Of a DNA stretch of 64,000 bases, positions 54,761 to 64,000 are shown one piece after another; the first letter of the stretch is position 1, and every line of letters starts with the position of its first letter. The position numbers and the translations under genes are program-made. Origin of the DNA: an uncultured bacterium. GTDB taxonomy: Bacteria; Eisenbacteria; RBG-16-71-46; CAIMUX01; WJJG01. The stretch is from assembly GCA_964585945.1 (NCBI GenBank), contig CAZPGB010000006.1, positions 7,724 through 71,723 on the forward strand, read 5' to 3'. The notes beneath the pieces were generated by a model. The model was not told the origin of the DNA, did not search any database, and was given only the letters and a program-made list of their open reading frames with translations.

Positions 54761-55606
54761 ATGAAACCGACCCTGCTGGAACTGGGCCCCTTGAAGATCC
54801 ACGCCTACGGCCTGGCGCTGGCCCTCTCATTCCTCATCGGCAGCATCCTGGTGACCCGCTGGGGCCGCGAGCGGGGGTACCCGGAAGACGAGCTGATGCG
54901 CCTGTTCTGGTGGATCCTGATCAGCGCGCTCATCGGCTCGCGTCTCTACTACGCCATCCAGCACCCCGACGACTTCCGCGAGAACTGGCTCGGCATCTCG
55001 CAGATCTGGCGCGGCGGGCTGACCCAGTACGGCGGCGTGATCGGGGCGATCATCGCCGCGGCGCTCTTCGTGCGCTCGCGCGGTTGGAGCTTCCGCGACA
55101 TCAGCGATCTGGTCGCGCCCGCCCTGGCGCTGGGGGAGGGGATCACCCGCATCGGCTGCTATCTCAACGGCTGCTGTTTCGGCGACGTCTGCGATCTGCC
55201 CTGGGCGGTGCGGTTCCCGGCCGGCTCGCACGCCCACGCCGTGTTGGGCGGTGTGCTCGTGCACCCCGCGCAGCTCTACCTCAGTCTCTCCAACCTTCTG
55301 CTGTTCCTCTTCATGGTGCGCCTGCGGCCGCGACTCGTGCGGCCCGGCCGCCTCTTCGCGATCTACTTGGCGGTCTCCTCCCTGATTCGCCTGGCGGTCG
55401 ACTTCACCCGCTACTACGAGGCGAGCGACCGGATCGAGATCGCCGGCCTGACGCTGGCCCACAGCCAATGGGTCTCGGTCCTCTTCGTCGCCGTGGCGGT
55501 CTGGATCTGGTTCAGCGCGCCGACGCACCGCCGCCATCCCTACGGGGAGGACGACGCCTCCGGTGAGGCGTCCTCCGCCACCGGCGGGTCCTCCTCGGCC
55601 GGCTAG
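54761..55606 (+). CDS. lgt: phosphatidylglycerol--prolipoprotein diacylglyceryl transferase
   Basis: Lgt signature motifs: GGLTQYGGVIG and RIGCYLNGCCFG. Confidence 0.9.
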   Translation: MKPTLLELGPLKIHAYGLALALSFLIGSILVTRWGRERGYPEDELMRLFWWILISALIGSRLYYAIQHPDDFRENWLGISQIWRGGLTQYGGVIGAIIAAALFVRSRGWSFRDISDLVAPALALGEGITRIGCYLNGCCFGDVCDLPWAVRFPAGSHAHAVLGGVLVHPAQLYLSLSNLLLFLFMVRLRPRLVRPGRLFAIYLAVSSLIRLAVDFTRYYEASDRIEIAGLTLAHSQWVSVLFVAVAVWIWFSAPTHRRHPYGEDDASGEASSATGGSSSAG

Positions 55607-55658
55607 GCGCTAGGGGCTTGCGGGCGCGGCGGCACGCCGCTGGCTGACACGCCGGGTC

Positions 55659-56342
55659 GTGAAGATCCCGAGCCCTCAATCGATCTGGGCGGCCACCCTC
55701 GACCTGGTGGCCCCCTTGCGCTGTCCGGTGTGTGGGCGCGTGCTGGCGGAGGCGGCCCGTTGCCCCGACTGCCGGATGCCCGACCCCGCCCGGGTGGCGC
55801 GGACACTGGGGCAGGACGCGCGCGGTCCCTATCTGATCCTGACCGGCGGGGCGCTGACGGGTCGCTATCGCCGTCTGCTGCATGCCTTCAAGTACACGCA
55901 GGACCCCGGCGCACGGGCGCTACTGACCGCGCAGACCGTCCTGGCCCTCCCGCCGGGAGGCGGCTGGGACGCCCTGGTGCCGGTGCCCACGCATGCGGTG
56001 CGGCGGCGCGAGCGCGGCTTCGACGCGGTGGAGGCGCTGGGGCGGGACCTCTCGCTCGCGCTGCGCATGCCACTGCTGCGGCTGCTGCGCCGGGTTCGCT
56101 ACTGCGCGCCGTTGACCGGGCGGGGGGCCCTGGAGCGGCGGCGGCTGGTCGAAGAGACTGTTGCCGCGGCGCCGTCGTGGGGCCGCCTCCTGCTGCTGGA
56201 CGACGTGGCCACGACGGGCACGACGTTCCGCACCTGCCGGCGGCTGCTGCTGGCGGCCGGCGCCGAGTCGGTCGACCTTCTGGTCGCCGCCCACCGGCCC
56301 CGCGCGCGCCGGAGGATTGTAGCGGCCCGGAGGCTGTGCTAG
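55659..56342 (+). CDS. ComF family protein (phosphoribosyltransferase-like, competence protein ComFC-type)
   Basis: N-terminal Cys4 motif (CPVCG...CPDC). C-terminal PRTase motif LLLLDDVATTGTTF. GTG start. Confidence 0.7.
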   Translation: MKIPSPQSIWAATLDLVAPLRCPVCGRVLAEAARCPDCRMPDPARVARTLGQDARGPYLILTGGALTGRYRRLLHAFKYTQDPGARALLTAQTVLALPPGGGWDALVPVPTHAVRRRERGFDAVEALGRDLSLALRMPLLRLLRRVRYCAPLTGRGALERRRLVEETVAAAPSWGRLLLLDDVATTGTTFRTCRRLLLAAGAESVDLLVAAHRPRARRRIVAARRLC

Positions 56343-56436
56343 CGTCCCGATGGCCGCGCGGGCCCAAATGTGCCGACCACCCGTCGACGCGGCCCGGGGA
56401 AGCGGTCGGGTGGACGGCGGGCGAGGGGATGGGCGG

Positions 56437-57963
56437 ATGTTTCGCGAGATCGTCATCAATGCTGACCCGGCGGAGACCCGCGTGGCGGTGCTGGAAGACG
56501 CCACGCTGGTCGAGTTCTTCGTGGAGCGTGAGGAAGAGCGCCGGCGCGTGGGCGACATCTACAAGGGCCGCGTCAACAAGGTCCTGCCGGGCATGCAGGC
56601 CGCCTTCGTCGACATCGGCCTGCCGAAAGCGGCCTTCCTGCACAGCTCCGACATGCTCACCTCGATCATGGATCTCGATGCCTTCGACCTCGACGAGGGC
56701 CGCGTGCGCCGCACCCGACCGCGGGACGTCTCCATCGACAAGCTGCTGCAGAAGGACCAGGAGATCTTGGTGCAGGTCATCAAGGAGCCGATCGGCACCA
56801 AGGGCCCCAAGGTGTCGGGCCGCTTGAGCCTGCCGGGGCGGTTCATGGTGCTGATGCCGGGTCTCGACCGGATCGGGGTCTCGCGCAAGATCGGCAACCG
56901 CGAGGAGCGCACCCGCCTGAAGAAGATCCTGCGCGAGCTGCGGCCCAAGAACGCCGGCCTGATTAGCCGCACCGTGGGCGAGGGGATGTCGAAGAAGGAG
57001 TTCGCCCAGGACGTGAAGTATCTGGTCGATCTCTGGCGCGACATCGAGGGGCGCTCGGCCCGGCTCCCGGCGCCGGCGGTGATCCATCGCGACATGGGCC
57101 TGACCACCAGCCTGATGCGCGACATCTTCACCCATCAGGTCGATCGTGTGGTGGTCGACTCGAAGGACGTCTACAAGGAGATCCTGCGCTACCTGAAGAT
57201 GGTCGCCCCGGAGCTGAAGACGCGCGTCAAGCTGTTCACCGGCGAGGGGCCCGTCTTCGACGAGTACGGCATCGAGGCGGAGATCCAGAAGAGCTTCGAG
57301 CGCAAAGTCTGGATGAAGAAGGGCGGCTACATCATCGTCGAGTCGACCGAGGCGATGGTGACCATCGACGTCAACACCGGGCGCTTCACCGGCAAGCGAT
57401 CCCAGGAGGACACGATCCTCAAGACGAATCTGGCCGCCGCCCAGGAGATCGCCCGCCAGCTCCGGCTGCGCGACCTGGGCGGGATCATCGTCATCGACTT
57501 CATCGACATGGAGGAGGAGGGTCATCGGCGCAACCTGCTCGACGCCTTCGTCAAGGCGCTCGACCAGGACAGCGCCCGCACGCGCGTCTTCCCGGTCAGC
57601 GAGCTGGGGCTGGTGGAGATGACGCGCCAGCGCGTGCGCGAGCCGCTGATCAACTACTTCAGCCAGGGCTGTCCCTATTGTCTGGGCACCGGACGGGTGG
57701 CCTCGATGCCCGCCGCCGCCATGCGGGTGGAGCGCAGCCTCAAGCGGGTGGGGGGGCACACCCATGAGAAGGAGATCCGGCTCACCCTGCACCCCGAGCT
57801 GGCCACCTACCTGTTCGACAAGCGGGGACACCGGATTGAGCAACTCGAAAAACAGTATGGGTTTAGAATAGACATCCGCGAAGACCCCCGCCTGGGCCCC
57901 GACGCCATGCGGATCTACTTCCCGCGCATGAAGAAGGACGTGACGGCCGACTTCTTGGTCTAG
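56437..57963 (+). CDS. rng: ribonuclease G (RNase E/G family)
   Basis: S1 domain GDIYKGRVNKVLPGMQAAFVDIG. DNase-I-like catalytic region. Zn-link CPYCLGTG. ATG at 56437 after GAGGGGATGGGCGG. Confidence 0.9.
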   Translation: MFREIVINADPAETRVAVLEDATLVEFFVEREEERRRVGDIYKGRVNKVLPGMQAAFVDIGLPKAAFLHSSDMLTSIMDLDAFDLDEGRVRRTRPRDVSIDKLLQKDQEILVQVIKEPIGTKGPKVSGRLSLPGRFMVLMPGLDRIGVSRKIGNREERTRLKKILRELRPKNAGLISRTVGEGMSKKEFAQDVKYLVDLWRDIEGRSARLPAPAVIHRDMGLTTSLMRDIFTHQVDRVVVDSKDVYKEILRYLKMVAPELKTRVKLFTGEGPVFDEYGIEAEIQKSFERKVWMKKGGYIIVESTEAMVTIDVNTGRFTGKRSQEDTILKTNLAAAQEIARQLRLRDLGGIIVIDFIDMEEEGHRRNLLDAFVKALDQDSARTRVFPVSELGLVEMTRQRVREPLINYFSQGCPYCLGTGRVASMPAAAMRVERSLKRVGGHTHEKEIRLTLHPELATYLFDKRGHRIEQLEKQYGFRIDIREDPRLGPDAMRIYFPRMKKDVTADFLV

Positions 57964-58001
57964 TGCGCCCGGGCCGCGGACCCGGCGCCGCGACGCGCAG
58001 C

Positions 58002-58031
58002 TTGACACGCCGGGGCAGCGAACTCTATACT
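58002..58031 (+). promoter_or_regulatory. sigma70-like promoter (-35 TTGACA, 18-nt spacer, -10 TATACT) upstream of rplU-rpmA
   Basis: cTTGACAcgccggggcagcgaactcTATACTcgc, read directly. About 50 nt upstream of the GTG start of rplU. Confidence 0.6.
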
Positions 58032-58083
58032 CGCTTCTTTGTCGATTTCAAAGAGATGGACAGGAGTGCCCGGGAGGTGGGCG

Positions 58084-58398
58084 GTGTACGCGATTGTCTC
58101 GCTACAGGGATTCCAGTATCGGGTGGATCCGGATGCGATCCTGCGGGTGCCCGCGTTCGCGGCGGCGGAAGGTGACGAGATCACCATCAACGACGTGCAT
58201 CTGATCGCGGACGGGGACGAGGTTCTCGTGGGCAAGCCCACCGTGGCCGACGCCGCGGTCAAGGCCGAGGTCCTCGGTCACGCGCGCGGCCCCAAGGTGC
58301 TGGTGGGGAAATACAAGCGTCGCAAGGACTATCGTCGGCGTCGCGGCCATCGGACCAACTACACCGAGATTCGCGTCAAGGAGATCGTGCGACCCTAG
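58084..58398 (+). CDS. rplU: 50S ribosomal protein L21
   Basis: GTG start after GGGAGGTGGGCG. VYAIVSLQGFQYRV...KVLVGKYKRRKDYRRRRGHR typical of L21. Confidence 0.9.
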   Translation: MYAIVSLQGFQYRVDPDAILRVPAFAAAEGDEITINDVHLIADGDEVLVGKPTVADAAVKAEVLGHARGPKVLVGKYKRRKDYRRRRGHRTNYTEIRVKEIVRP

Positions 58399-58416
58399 GA
58401 CGCGCGGGAGGCAGTC

Positions 58417-58677
58417 ATGGCACACAAGAAGGGCGTCGGCAGTTCGAAGAACGGCCGGGACTCGAATCCGCAGTATCTGGGCATCAAGCGTTACGGCGGC
58501 GAGCGCGTAACGGCGGGCACGATCGTCATCCGCCAGCGCGGCACCCGCATCCTGCCCGGTGAGAACATCGGACGCGGCAAGGACGACACGCTCTTCGCCC
58601 TCATCGACGGGCGCGTCCTGTTCGAGCGCAGGGGCAAGAACCGCAAGCGCGTCAGCATCGAGCCGCTGGAGGCCTGA
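58417..58677 (+). CDS. rpmA: 50S ribosomal protein L27
   Basis: [29 protein letters not shown]... canonical L27 N-terminus. Confidence 0.95.
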   Translation: MAHKKGVGSSKNGRDSNPQYLGIKRYGGERVTAGTIVIRQRGTRILPGENIGRGKDDTLFALIDGRVLFERRGKNRKRVSIEPLEA

Positions 58678-58711
58678 CAAGGAGCGTCGTCGGGCAGCGT
58701 CGTGCATTGCC

Positions 58712-58760
58712 GGGGCCGGCCGCATCCCACCGGTGGGATGGCCGGCCTCGCGTCGTTTAG
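58712..58760 (+). terminator. GC-rich hairpin (GGCCGGCCG-CATCCCACCGGTGGGATG-GCCGGCC) followed by a short T-run; probable intrinsic terminator after rpmA
   Basis: A perfect 18-bp palindrome (58723-58740) flanked by a GCCGGCC inverted repeat, then cgtcgttt. Confidence 0.5.
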
Positions 58761-58879
58761 GCGCGCGGCAGCTTGGTGGTTGACCGGGCGGCACCGTCGA
58801 TCCAATCTTGGGCGGCGACCGGCATGGCGACGTAGGCGCGCACCCAGGGCCGCTGGGGCCGCGAGAGGAGTGGAGGTTC

Positions 58880-59695
58880 ATGGGCTGCGAGGGCGGCGGG
58901 GTGGCCCTGATCATCCCCGCCCGGCTGGGGGCCACCCGTTTTCCCGGCAAGCTGTTGGAGCGCGCCGCCGGGCGCAGCATCCTCGAGTGGACCTGGCGAC
59001 GCGCGCGGGCGGCGGCGGGGCCACAGCGCGTCTGGATCGCGACCGACAGCGATCCGATCGCGCGGGAGGCCGGGCGCTTCGGCGGGGTCGTGATCCGCAC
59101 CGGTGAGCACCCGAGCGGCACCGATCGGGTGGCCGAAGCGGCCGACCGCATCCAGCCCGCGCCGCGGTGGGTCGTCAACCTCCAGGGCGACGAGCCGCTG
59201 ATCGATCCGAGCGTCATCGGCGCCGTCTGTGAAGAGCTGCAGCGCTCCGACGAGGCGGTGGTCACCTGCAGCGCGCCGTTGACCGCGTACCGCGAATGGA
59301 TCGATCCGGCGGTCGTCAAAGTGGTCTGCGACCGAAACCGAGAGGCGCTCTACTTCTCGCGGGCACCCATTCCCTCGACCCCGCGTGGCGCAACGCCCGA
59401 CGCGTTCGCCGACGTGCGGGCCGTCGCCCGGGTGCACGTGGGCATCTACGGCTTCCCCGCCCCGTTGCTGCGGCGGATGGTGGGAGAGGAGCGCGCGCCT
59501 CTGGAGCGGATCGAGTCGCTCGAGCAGTTGCGTCTGCTCGAGACCGGTGTGCGGATCCGGGTCGTGCCGGTGGCGCGGCGCAGCGTGGCGGTGGACGTTC
59601 CGGAGGATCTCGAACGGGTGCGACCCCTGTTGGAGCAAGAGGCCTCGGCCGGCGAGGACGAGGCCGGAGCATCGAACCAAGGGAGGCAAGGTTGA
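58880..59695 (+). CDS. kdsB: 3-deoxy-manno-octulosonate cytidylyltransferase (CMP-KDO synthetase)
   Basis: ALIIPARLGATRFPGK, NLQGDEPLIDP. ATG at 58880 after GAGAGGAGTGGAGG. The TTG-initiated ORF from 58808 was rejected. Confidence 0.9.
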   Translation: MGCEGGGVALIIPARLGATRFPGKLLERAAGRSILEWTWRRARAAAGPQRVWIATDSDPIAREAGRFGGVVIRTGEHPSGTDRVAEAADRIQPAPRWVVNLQGDEPLIDPSVIGAVCEELQRSDEAVVTCSAPLTAYREWIDPAVVKVVCDRNREALYFSRAPIPSTPRGATPDAFADVRAVARVHVGIYGFPAPLLRRMVGEERAPLERIESLEQLRLLETGVRIRVVPVARRSVAVDVPEDLERVRPLLEQEASAGEDEAGASNQGRQG

Positions 59696-61404
59696 CCCAG
59701 AAGAGCGTATCGTCGTCCGGGGGTGTGTTGCCCAATGGGGAGCGCCGGCACATCTTCATCACCGGCGGGGTCTGCTCGGCCCTCGGCAAGGGGATCGTCT
59801 CGGCCTCGCTGGGCTTCCTGCTGAAGGAGCGGGGCTTTCGTGTCACGCTGCAGAAGTTCGATCCCTATCTCAACGTCGATCCGGGCACGATGAGCCCGTT
59901 TCAGCACGGCGAGGTCTATGTGACCGACGACGGCGCCGAGACCGACCTCGACCTGGGCCACTACGAGCGCTTCACCGACCAGAGCCTGAGCGGCGAGAAC
60001 TGCACGACCGCGGGTCAGATCTACGACACCATCATCACCAAGGAGCGGCGCGGCGACTTCCTCGGCAAGACGGTGCAGGTGATCCCCCACGTCACCGAGG
60101 AGATCAAGCGCCGCATGGTCGCCACCGCCCGCGGCCAGGACGCCGACATCAACATCGTGGAGATCGGGGGCACCGTCGGCGACATCGAGGGGCTGCCCTT
60201 CCTGGAAGCGATCCGGCAACTGCGGCTCGACCTGGGGCGCGAGCGGGTGATCTTCGTCCACCTGACCCTGGTGCCCTACATGCGCGCCGCGGCCGAGCTG
60301 AAGACCAAGCCGACGCAGCACAGCGTGCGCAAGCTGACCGAGATCGGGATCCAGCCCGACCTGCTGGTCTGCCGCACCGAGGTGGCCCTCGGCGACGAGC
60401 TGAAGGACAAGATCGCCCTGTTCTGCAACGTCTCGCGCGACTGCGTGGCCGAGTCGCGTGACGTGGAGACGGTCTACGAGGTGCCGCTCATGCTTCACGC
60501 ACAGGGCCTCGACAGCCGGGTGCTCTCGTTCCTGCGGCTGGAGGGGCCGCGCGACATCGAGCTGGGCGCCTGGCGCGAGATGGTGCAGACGATTCTGCAG
60601 CCGCCGCGCGAGGTCGAGATCGCGATCGTCGGCAAGTACACGCACCTGAGGGATGCCTACAAGAGCATCGTGGAGTCGTTCGTGCACGCGGGCGTGGCCA
60701 ACCGCGTGCGCGTCCACATCCGCTGGATCGAATCGAGCCTGATCGAGGGCGAGCCGCCCGAGACGTACCTCGACGGCGTCCACGGCCTCCTGGTGCCGGG
60801 GGGATTCGGGGTGCGGGGCATCGAGGGGATGGTGCGGGCCATCCGCTACGTGCGCGAGAAGGAAATTCCCTTCTTCGGCATCTGCCTGGGTCTGCACTGC
60901 GCCGCGATCGAGTTCGCCCGCAACGTGTGCGGACTCGATGGCGCCCACTCCACCGAATTCGATCCCACCACGCCCCACCCGGTGATCGACCTGCTGCCCG
61001 AGCAGCGGGGCGACGTGCCGATGGGCGGCACGATGCGTCTGGGGGCCTACGACTGCGACGTGGCCGAAGGCAGCCGGCTCTACGAGGCCTACCATGCCGA
61101 GCGGATCTCCGAGCGGCACCGCCACCGCTACGAGTTCAACAACGCCTACCGGGCGCGGCTGGAAGCGGCCGGCCTGCGCGTGACGGGCGTGCATGCGGCC
61201 CGGGACCTGGTCGAGACGATCGAGCTGCCCGGGCATCCGTGGTTCCTGGCGGGCCAGTTTCACCCGGAGCTGAAGAGCCGGCCCCGGCGTCCCGCGCCGC
61301 TGTTCCGTGAGTTCGTCAAGGCGGCCAAGACCTGCGCCTCGGGCCAGCCGACCCTGCCGGGCCTGGCCGCGGCCGCGTCCCGGGGCAGGAGAGACGAGGG
61401 ATGA
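59692..61404 (+). CDS. pyrG: CTP synthase
   Basis: [17 protein letters not shown]-loop-like N-terminus. Glutaminase triad region [19 protein letters not shown] start overlaps the kdsB stop (TTGA) after AAGGGAGG. Confidence 0.9.
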   Translation: MTQKSVSSSGGVLPNGERRHIFITGGVCSALGKGIVSASLGFLLKERGFRVTLQKFDPYLNVDPGTMSPFQHGEVYVTDDGAETDLDLGHYERFTDQSLSGENCTTAGQIYDTIITKERRGDFLGKTVQVIPHVTEEIKRRMVATARGQDADINIVEIGGTVGDIEGLPFLEAIRQLRLDLGRERVIFVHLTLVPYMRAAAELKTKPTQHSVRKLTEIGIQPDLLVCRTEVALGDELKDKIALFCNVSRDCVAESRDVETVYEVPLMLHAQGLDSRVLSFLRLEGPRDIELGAWREMVQTILQPPREVEIAIVGKYTHLRDAYKSIVESFVHAGVANRVRVHIRWIESSLIEGEPPETYLDGVHGLLVPGGFGVRGIEGMVRAIRYVREKEIPFFGICLGLHCAAIEFARNVCGLDGAHSTEFDPTTPHPVIDLLPEQRGDVPMGGTMRLGAYDCDVAEGSRLYEAYHAERISERHRHRYEFNNAYRARLEAAGLRVTGVHAARDLVETIELPGHPWFLAGQFHPELKSRPRRPAPLFREFVKAAKTCASGQPTLPGLAAAASRGRRDEG

Positions 61405-62312
61405 GCCCCAACCCGGACGCGGGCCCGGCCGCCGGGGTGAGCCCGATCGCCCCCGATGCGCGGCGACCCTTCATCATCGCGGGCCCCTGCGTGATCGAAG
61501 AGGAGGCGATGGCGTTGCGCGTGGCCGAGACCGCCGCCCGCGAAGCGCGGCGCCATGGTCTGACCTACGTGTTCAAGTCATCCTATCTTAAGGACAACCG
61601 CACCAGCGCCGGCGCCTACACGGGCCCGGGCCTCGAAGAGGGCTTGCGCATTCTGCGCCGGGTGCGCGCGGAGGTGGGCGTGCCGGTGCTCACCGACGTG
61701 CACACCGCCGAAGAGGCCGCGGCGGCGGCCGAGGTGGTCGACGTGCTCCAGGTTCCGGCGTTCCTGTGCCGTCAGGGCCGGCTGCTGCGCGCGTGCGGGC
61801 GGACGGGCAAGGCGGTCAACGTCAAGAAGGGGCAGTTTCTGGCGCCGGCCGACATGGCCCACGCCGTCGCCAAGATCCGTGAGGTCCACCCGGGGGCCGA
61901 CATCTGGCTGACCGAGCGGGGCACTGCGTTCGGCTACCGCGACCTGGTGGTGGACATGCGGGCCGTGGCCCTCATGCGGGGTCTCGGCGGCCGCGTGGTC
62001 TTCGACGCCACCCACTCCCTGCAGCACCCCGGCGCCGGAGGCGACCGACGCTTCGCGGCGTCGCTGGCGCGCGCGGCGCTGGGTGCGGGCGCCGAGGGTA
62101 TCTTTGCGGAGATCCACCCCGATCCCGCGCGCGCCCGCTGCGACGCCAGCACGCAGCTTCCGCTGGCGCAGCTTGGGACCTGGATGGAGCAGTGGGCCCG
62201 GCTGGGCGCCCTGATCACCGAGCTGGAGCGACAGGACCCGCCCCTGGGAGAGGGCCGGTGGCCCGGTCTGGAGACTCGCGGCCCGGGCGACGATGGGGGG
62301 GCGGGGGCGTGA
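61401..62312 (+). CDS. kdsA: 3-deoxy-8-phosphooctulonate synthase (KDO8P synthase)
   Basis: FIIAGPCVIE, YVFKSSYLKDNRTS, DVLQVPAFLCRQ, THSLQ motifs. The ATG overlaps the pyrG stop (ATGA). Confidence 0.9.
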   Translation: MSPNPDAGPAAGVSPIAPDARRPFIIAGPCVIEEEAMALRVAETAAREARRHGLTYVFKSSYLKDNRTSAGAYTGPGLEEGLRILRRVRAEVGVPVLTDVHTAEEAAAAAEVVDVLQVPAFLCRQGRLLRACGRTGKAVNVKKGQFLAPADMAHAVAKIREVHPGADIWLTERGTAFGYRDLVVDMRAVALMRGLGGRVVFDATHSLQHPGAGGDRRFAASLARAALGAGAEGIFAEIHPDPARARCDASTQLPLAQLGTWMEQWARLGALITELERQDPPLGEGRWPGLETRGPGDDGGAGA

Positions 62313-63364
62313 TGGCGCGTGGGGCATCAGGATCGGACCCTTGTGGACCGGATGGCCTCGACCGGACGGGCCTCGACCGGGCGGGCGTGGAGCGGGCGGC
62401 GCTCGATGTGGCCCGCGCTGAGGCGCGGCGCATCGAGGAACTGGGCCCGCTGTTCGCCTCCGACGCCTTCCACGAGGCGCTGGCGCTGCTCCACGGCTGT
62501 CGCGGCCGCATCCTGGTGTGCGGCCTGGGCAAGTCGGGGCTCGCGGGCCAGCGCATCGCCGCCTCGCTGCGGTCGACCGGCTCGCCCTCGATCTTCATCC
62601 ATCCCGTTGAGGCGGCGCACGGCGATCTGGGGATCGTCGACGGGCAGGACGTGGCGCTGCTCATCAGCAAGAGCGGACAGAATCCGGAGCTCTCGGCCCT
62701 CATTCCCACGTTCCGGCGCATGGGTGTGGCGATCATCGCGCTCACGGCGCGGCCGGGGTCGGATCTGGCGCGCTCGGCCGACCTGGTGCTCGACATCGGG
62801 CCCGTCCATGAGCTGCCGCCGCTGACCGAGGTCCCGACGGTCAGCACCACGCTGTTTCAGGTGGTCGGCGACGTGCTCACCGTGCTGCTCTGCCGGCTGA
62901 AGGGCTTCTCGGCGGAGGATTTCGCGTTCCTGCATCCCGGGGGCATCCTGGGCCACCGCGTGACGCAGCGCGTCTGCGACGTGATGCATCGTGGCGAGGA
63001 GCTGCCGCGCGTGACCGAGGAGACGCAGCTCGTGGAGGCGCTGACCCAGATCATGGACAAGCGGTTGGGCATGACCACCGTGGTGGACGGCGAGGGGCGG
63101 CTCACGGGGGTGATCGCCGACGGCGACTTGAAGCGGATCTTGCATCGCACCGGCGGCAGCCTGGTCGGTCTGCGCGCCGGCGAGGTGATGACGCGCGATC
63201 CGAAGACCATCGCCGCCGACGCGCTGCTCGTGACCGCGCTGAAGACGATGGAGACCAACCGACCCGGCGCGATCACGTTCCTGGTGGTCGTGGACGATGA
63301 GAGGCGCCCGACAGGCGTGGTGCACATTCATGACTGCCTCAGTCTGCCCGACCCGCGCGGTTGA
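62312..63364 (+). CDS. kdsD: arabinose-5-phosphate isomerase (KdsD/KpsF; SIS + tandem CBS domains)
   Basis: SIS domain (ILVCGLGKSG..., LISKSGQNPE), two CBS domains. The ATG at 62312 overlaps the kdsA TGA (TGATG). Confidence 0.85.
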   Translation: MARGASGSDPCGPDGLDRTGLDRAGVERAALDVARAEARRIEELGPLFASDAFHEALALLHGCRGRILVCGLGKSGLAGQRIAASLRSTGSPSIFIHPVEAAHGDLGIVDGQDVALLISKSGQNPELSALIPTFRRMGVAIIALTARPGSDLARSADLVLDIGPVHELPPLTEVPTVSTTLFQVVGDVLTVLLCRLKGFSAEDFAFLHPGGILGHRVTQRVCDVMHRGEELPRVTEETQLVEALTQIMDKRLGMTTVVDGEGRLTGVIADGDLKRILHRTGGSLVGLRAGEVMTRDPKTIAADALLVTALKTMETNRPGAITFLVVVDDERRPTGVVHIHDCLSLPDPRG

Positions 63365-63432
63365 GGCCGGATCCCTCGCGGCGGCCCGCCGGTCCGCGGG
63401 CGGCTGATGGGACCCCTTCGGCCGTGAAGCGG

Positions 63433-64000
63433 ATGAAGCCGATCTGGCGCACGGTGCGGTTCCACGCCCTGCGGGTGCTGCTCACGCCCGTGGCCTGGCT
63501 GCCGCGCGGGGCGGGCCTGCGCATCTTCGGCGCGCTGGGCGCTCTCTGCTACGATCTGCTGCCGCGGACACGGCGCATCATTCTGGGCAACATCACGCTG
63601 ATCCACCCCGACTGGGACGCGGGCCGTCGCCACCGGTTCGGACGCGGGGTGTTGCGCTGGCTGGGGCGAAACGGATTCGACTTCGTTCGTCTGCGCGGCT
63701 ACAGTGAGGAGGATCTGAAGCATCTGGTGCGCATCGAGGGACTCGATCACCTGCGCGCTGCACAGCAACCGGGCGTCGGCGTGATCTGCCTCAGTGCGCA
63801 CCTGGGCTGTTGGGAGCTGATGCCGGCCCGGTTGCGGGCCGAGGGTTTCGACGTGGCGGTGGTCTACCGCCGCCTGCGCTCGCGCGAGCTGCACGCGTAC
63901 GTGACCGCGCGCCGCGCGCGCCACGGCATCGAGACCCTGGATCGCGACACCGACGGCCGCCGCATCCTGCGCGCGCTGCAGCGCGGGGCCGTGCTCGGCG
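63433..64000 (+). CDS. lipid A biosynthesis acyltransferase (LpxL/HtrB-like lysophospholipid acyltransferase family), 3-prime truncated by window end
   Basis: Own translation from ATG 63433: MKPIWRTVRFHALRVLLTPVAWLP...GVICLSAHLGCWELMPA. This contains the HxGxWE-type acyltransferase motif. No stop before position 64000. Confidence 0.6.
   Translation, partial: MKPIWRTVRFHALRVLLTPVAWLPRGAGLRIFGALGALCYDLLPRTRRIILGNITLIHPDWDAGRRHRFGRGVLRWLGRNGFDFVRLRGYSEEDLKHLVRIEGLDHLRAAQQPGVGVICLSAHLGCWELMPARLRAEGFDVAVVYRRLRSRELHAYVTARRARHGIETLDRDTDGRRILRALQRGAVLG

Noticed and set aside
48905-63331. Long antisense ORFs across the mre/mrd, rng, kds/pyrG region (48905..51409 -, 51471..53318 -, 55888..58008 -, 58102..59319 -, 59446..61263 -, 62327..63331 -)
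   Set aside because: All lie opposite to strongly homologous housekeeping genes. Their composition is consistent with GC-driven stop-codon depletion.
1-64000. Mobile elements or integrases
   Set aside because: No transposase, integrase or recombinase motif appears in any frame. No terminal inverted repeats or tRNA-adjacent islands were seen.

Overview
This window is a high-GC (about 70%) bacterial chromosomal segment with dense, mostly operonic coding and strong GGAGG-type ribosome-binding sites. Many genes overlap by 1-4 nt (ATGA / TGATG junctions) and several use GTG or TTG start codons. I see no rRNA, tRNA, CRISPR array or transposase/integrase.

Gene content, in order:
- 77-5670: an LTXXQ (Spy/CpxP-like) lipoprotein, an ABC-2 exporter pair and an AraC/GyrI-like regulator.
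- 5762-6805: a secreted glycine-rich tandem-repeat protein.
- 8315-11798: a hybrid histidine kinase with two receiver domains and a thioredoxin/rhodanese lipoprotein.
- 11859-14170: two paralogous TrmB-like regulators flanking a small secreted Cys protein.
- 14517-18015 (minus strand): an ECF sigma / anti-sigma / exported caspase-like (C14) protease operon.
- 18228-21679 (minus strand, directly upstream of the sigma gene): a four-gene module of uncharacterised membrane proteins with lower GC.
- 21791-24508: an M28 peptidase.
- 24656-35586: a large nucleoside salvage and uptake supercluster (amidohydrolase, add, hpt, dNK, udk, tdk, BMP lipoprotein, ABC ATPase, two permeases, PNP).
- 35632-37044: a ClpB-D2-like AAA+ protein with a histone-H1-like basic repeat tail and a degenerate Walker B motif.
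- 37384-39882: PFK and a GWxTD-domain protein.
- 39858-44700: a glycan cluster (MurJ-like flippase, two GT4 glycosyltransferases, a methyltransferase).
- 44716-48908: thrS, an FN3/FGE-sulfatase-domain lipoprotein and a small secreted protein.
- 49193-54676: mreBCD-mrdA-rodA.
- 54761-57963: lgt, a ComF-like protein and RNase G.
- 58084-58677: rplU-rpmA.
- 58880-64000: a KDO/lipid A cluster (kdsB-pyrG-kdsA-kdsD-lpxL-like), truncated at the window end.

The most likely undescribed system is the co-directional minus-strand block at 14517-21679: the four-gene membrane module followed by ECF sigma, anti-sigma and a secreted caspase-like protease. The protease's C-terminal Gly-rich repeat domain has a paralogue elsewhere in the window at 5762-6805.

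The taxonomic guess (a diderm such as Gemmatimonadota or Acidobacteriota, from the GWxTD domain, the FlgD-Ig/T9SS-like C-terminal domain and the KDO genes) is inference only.
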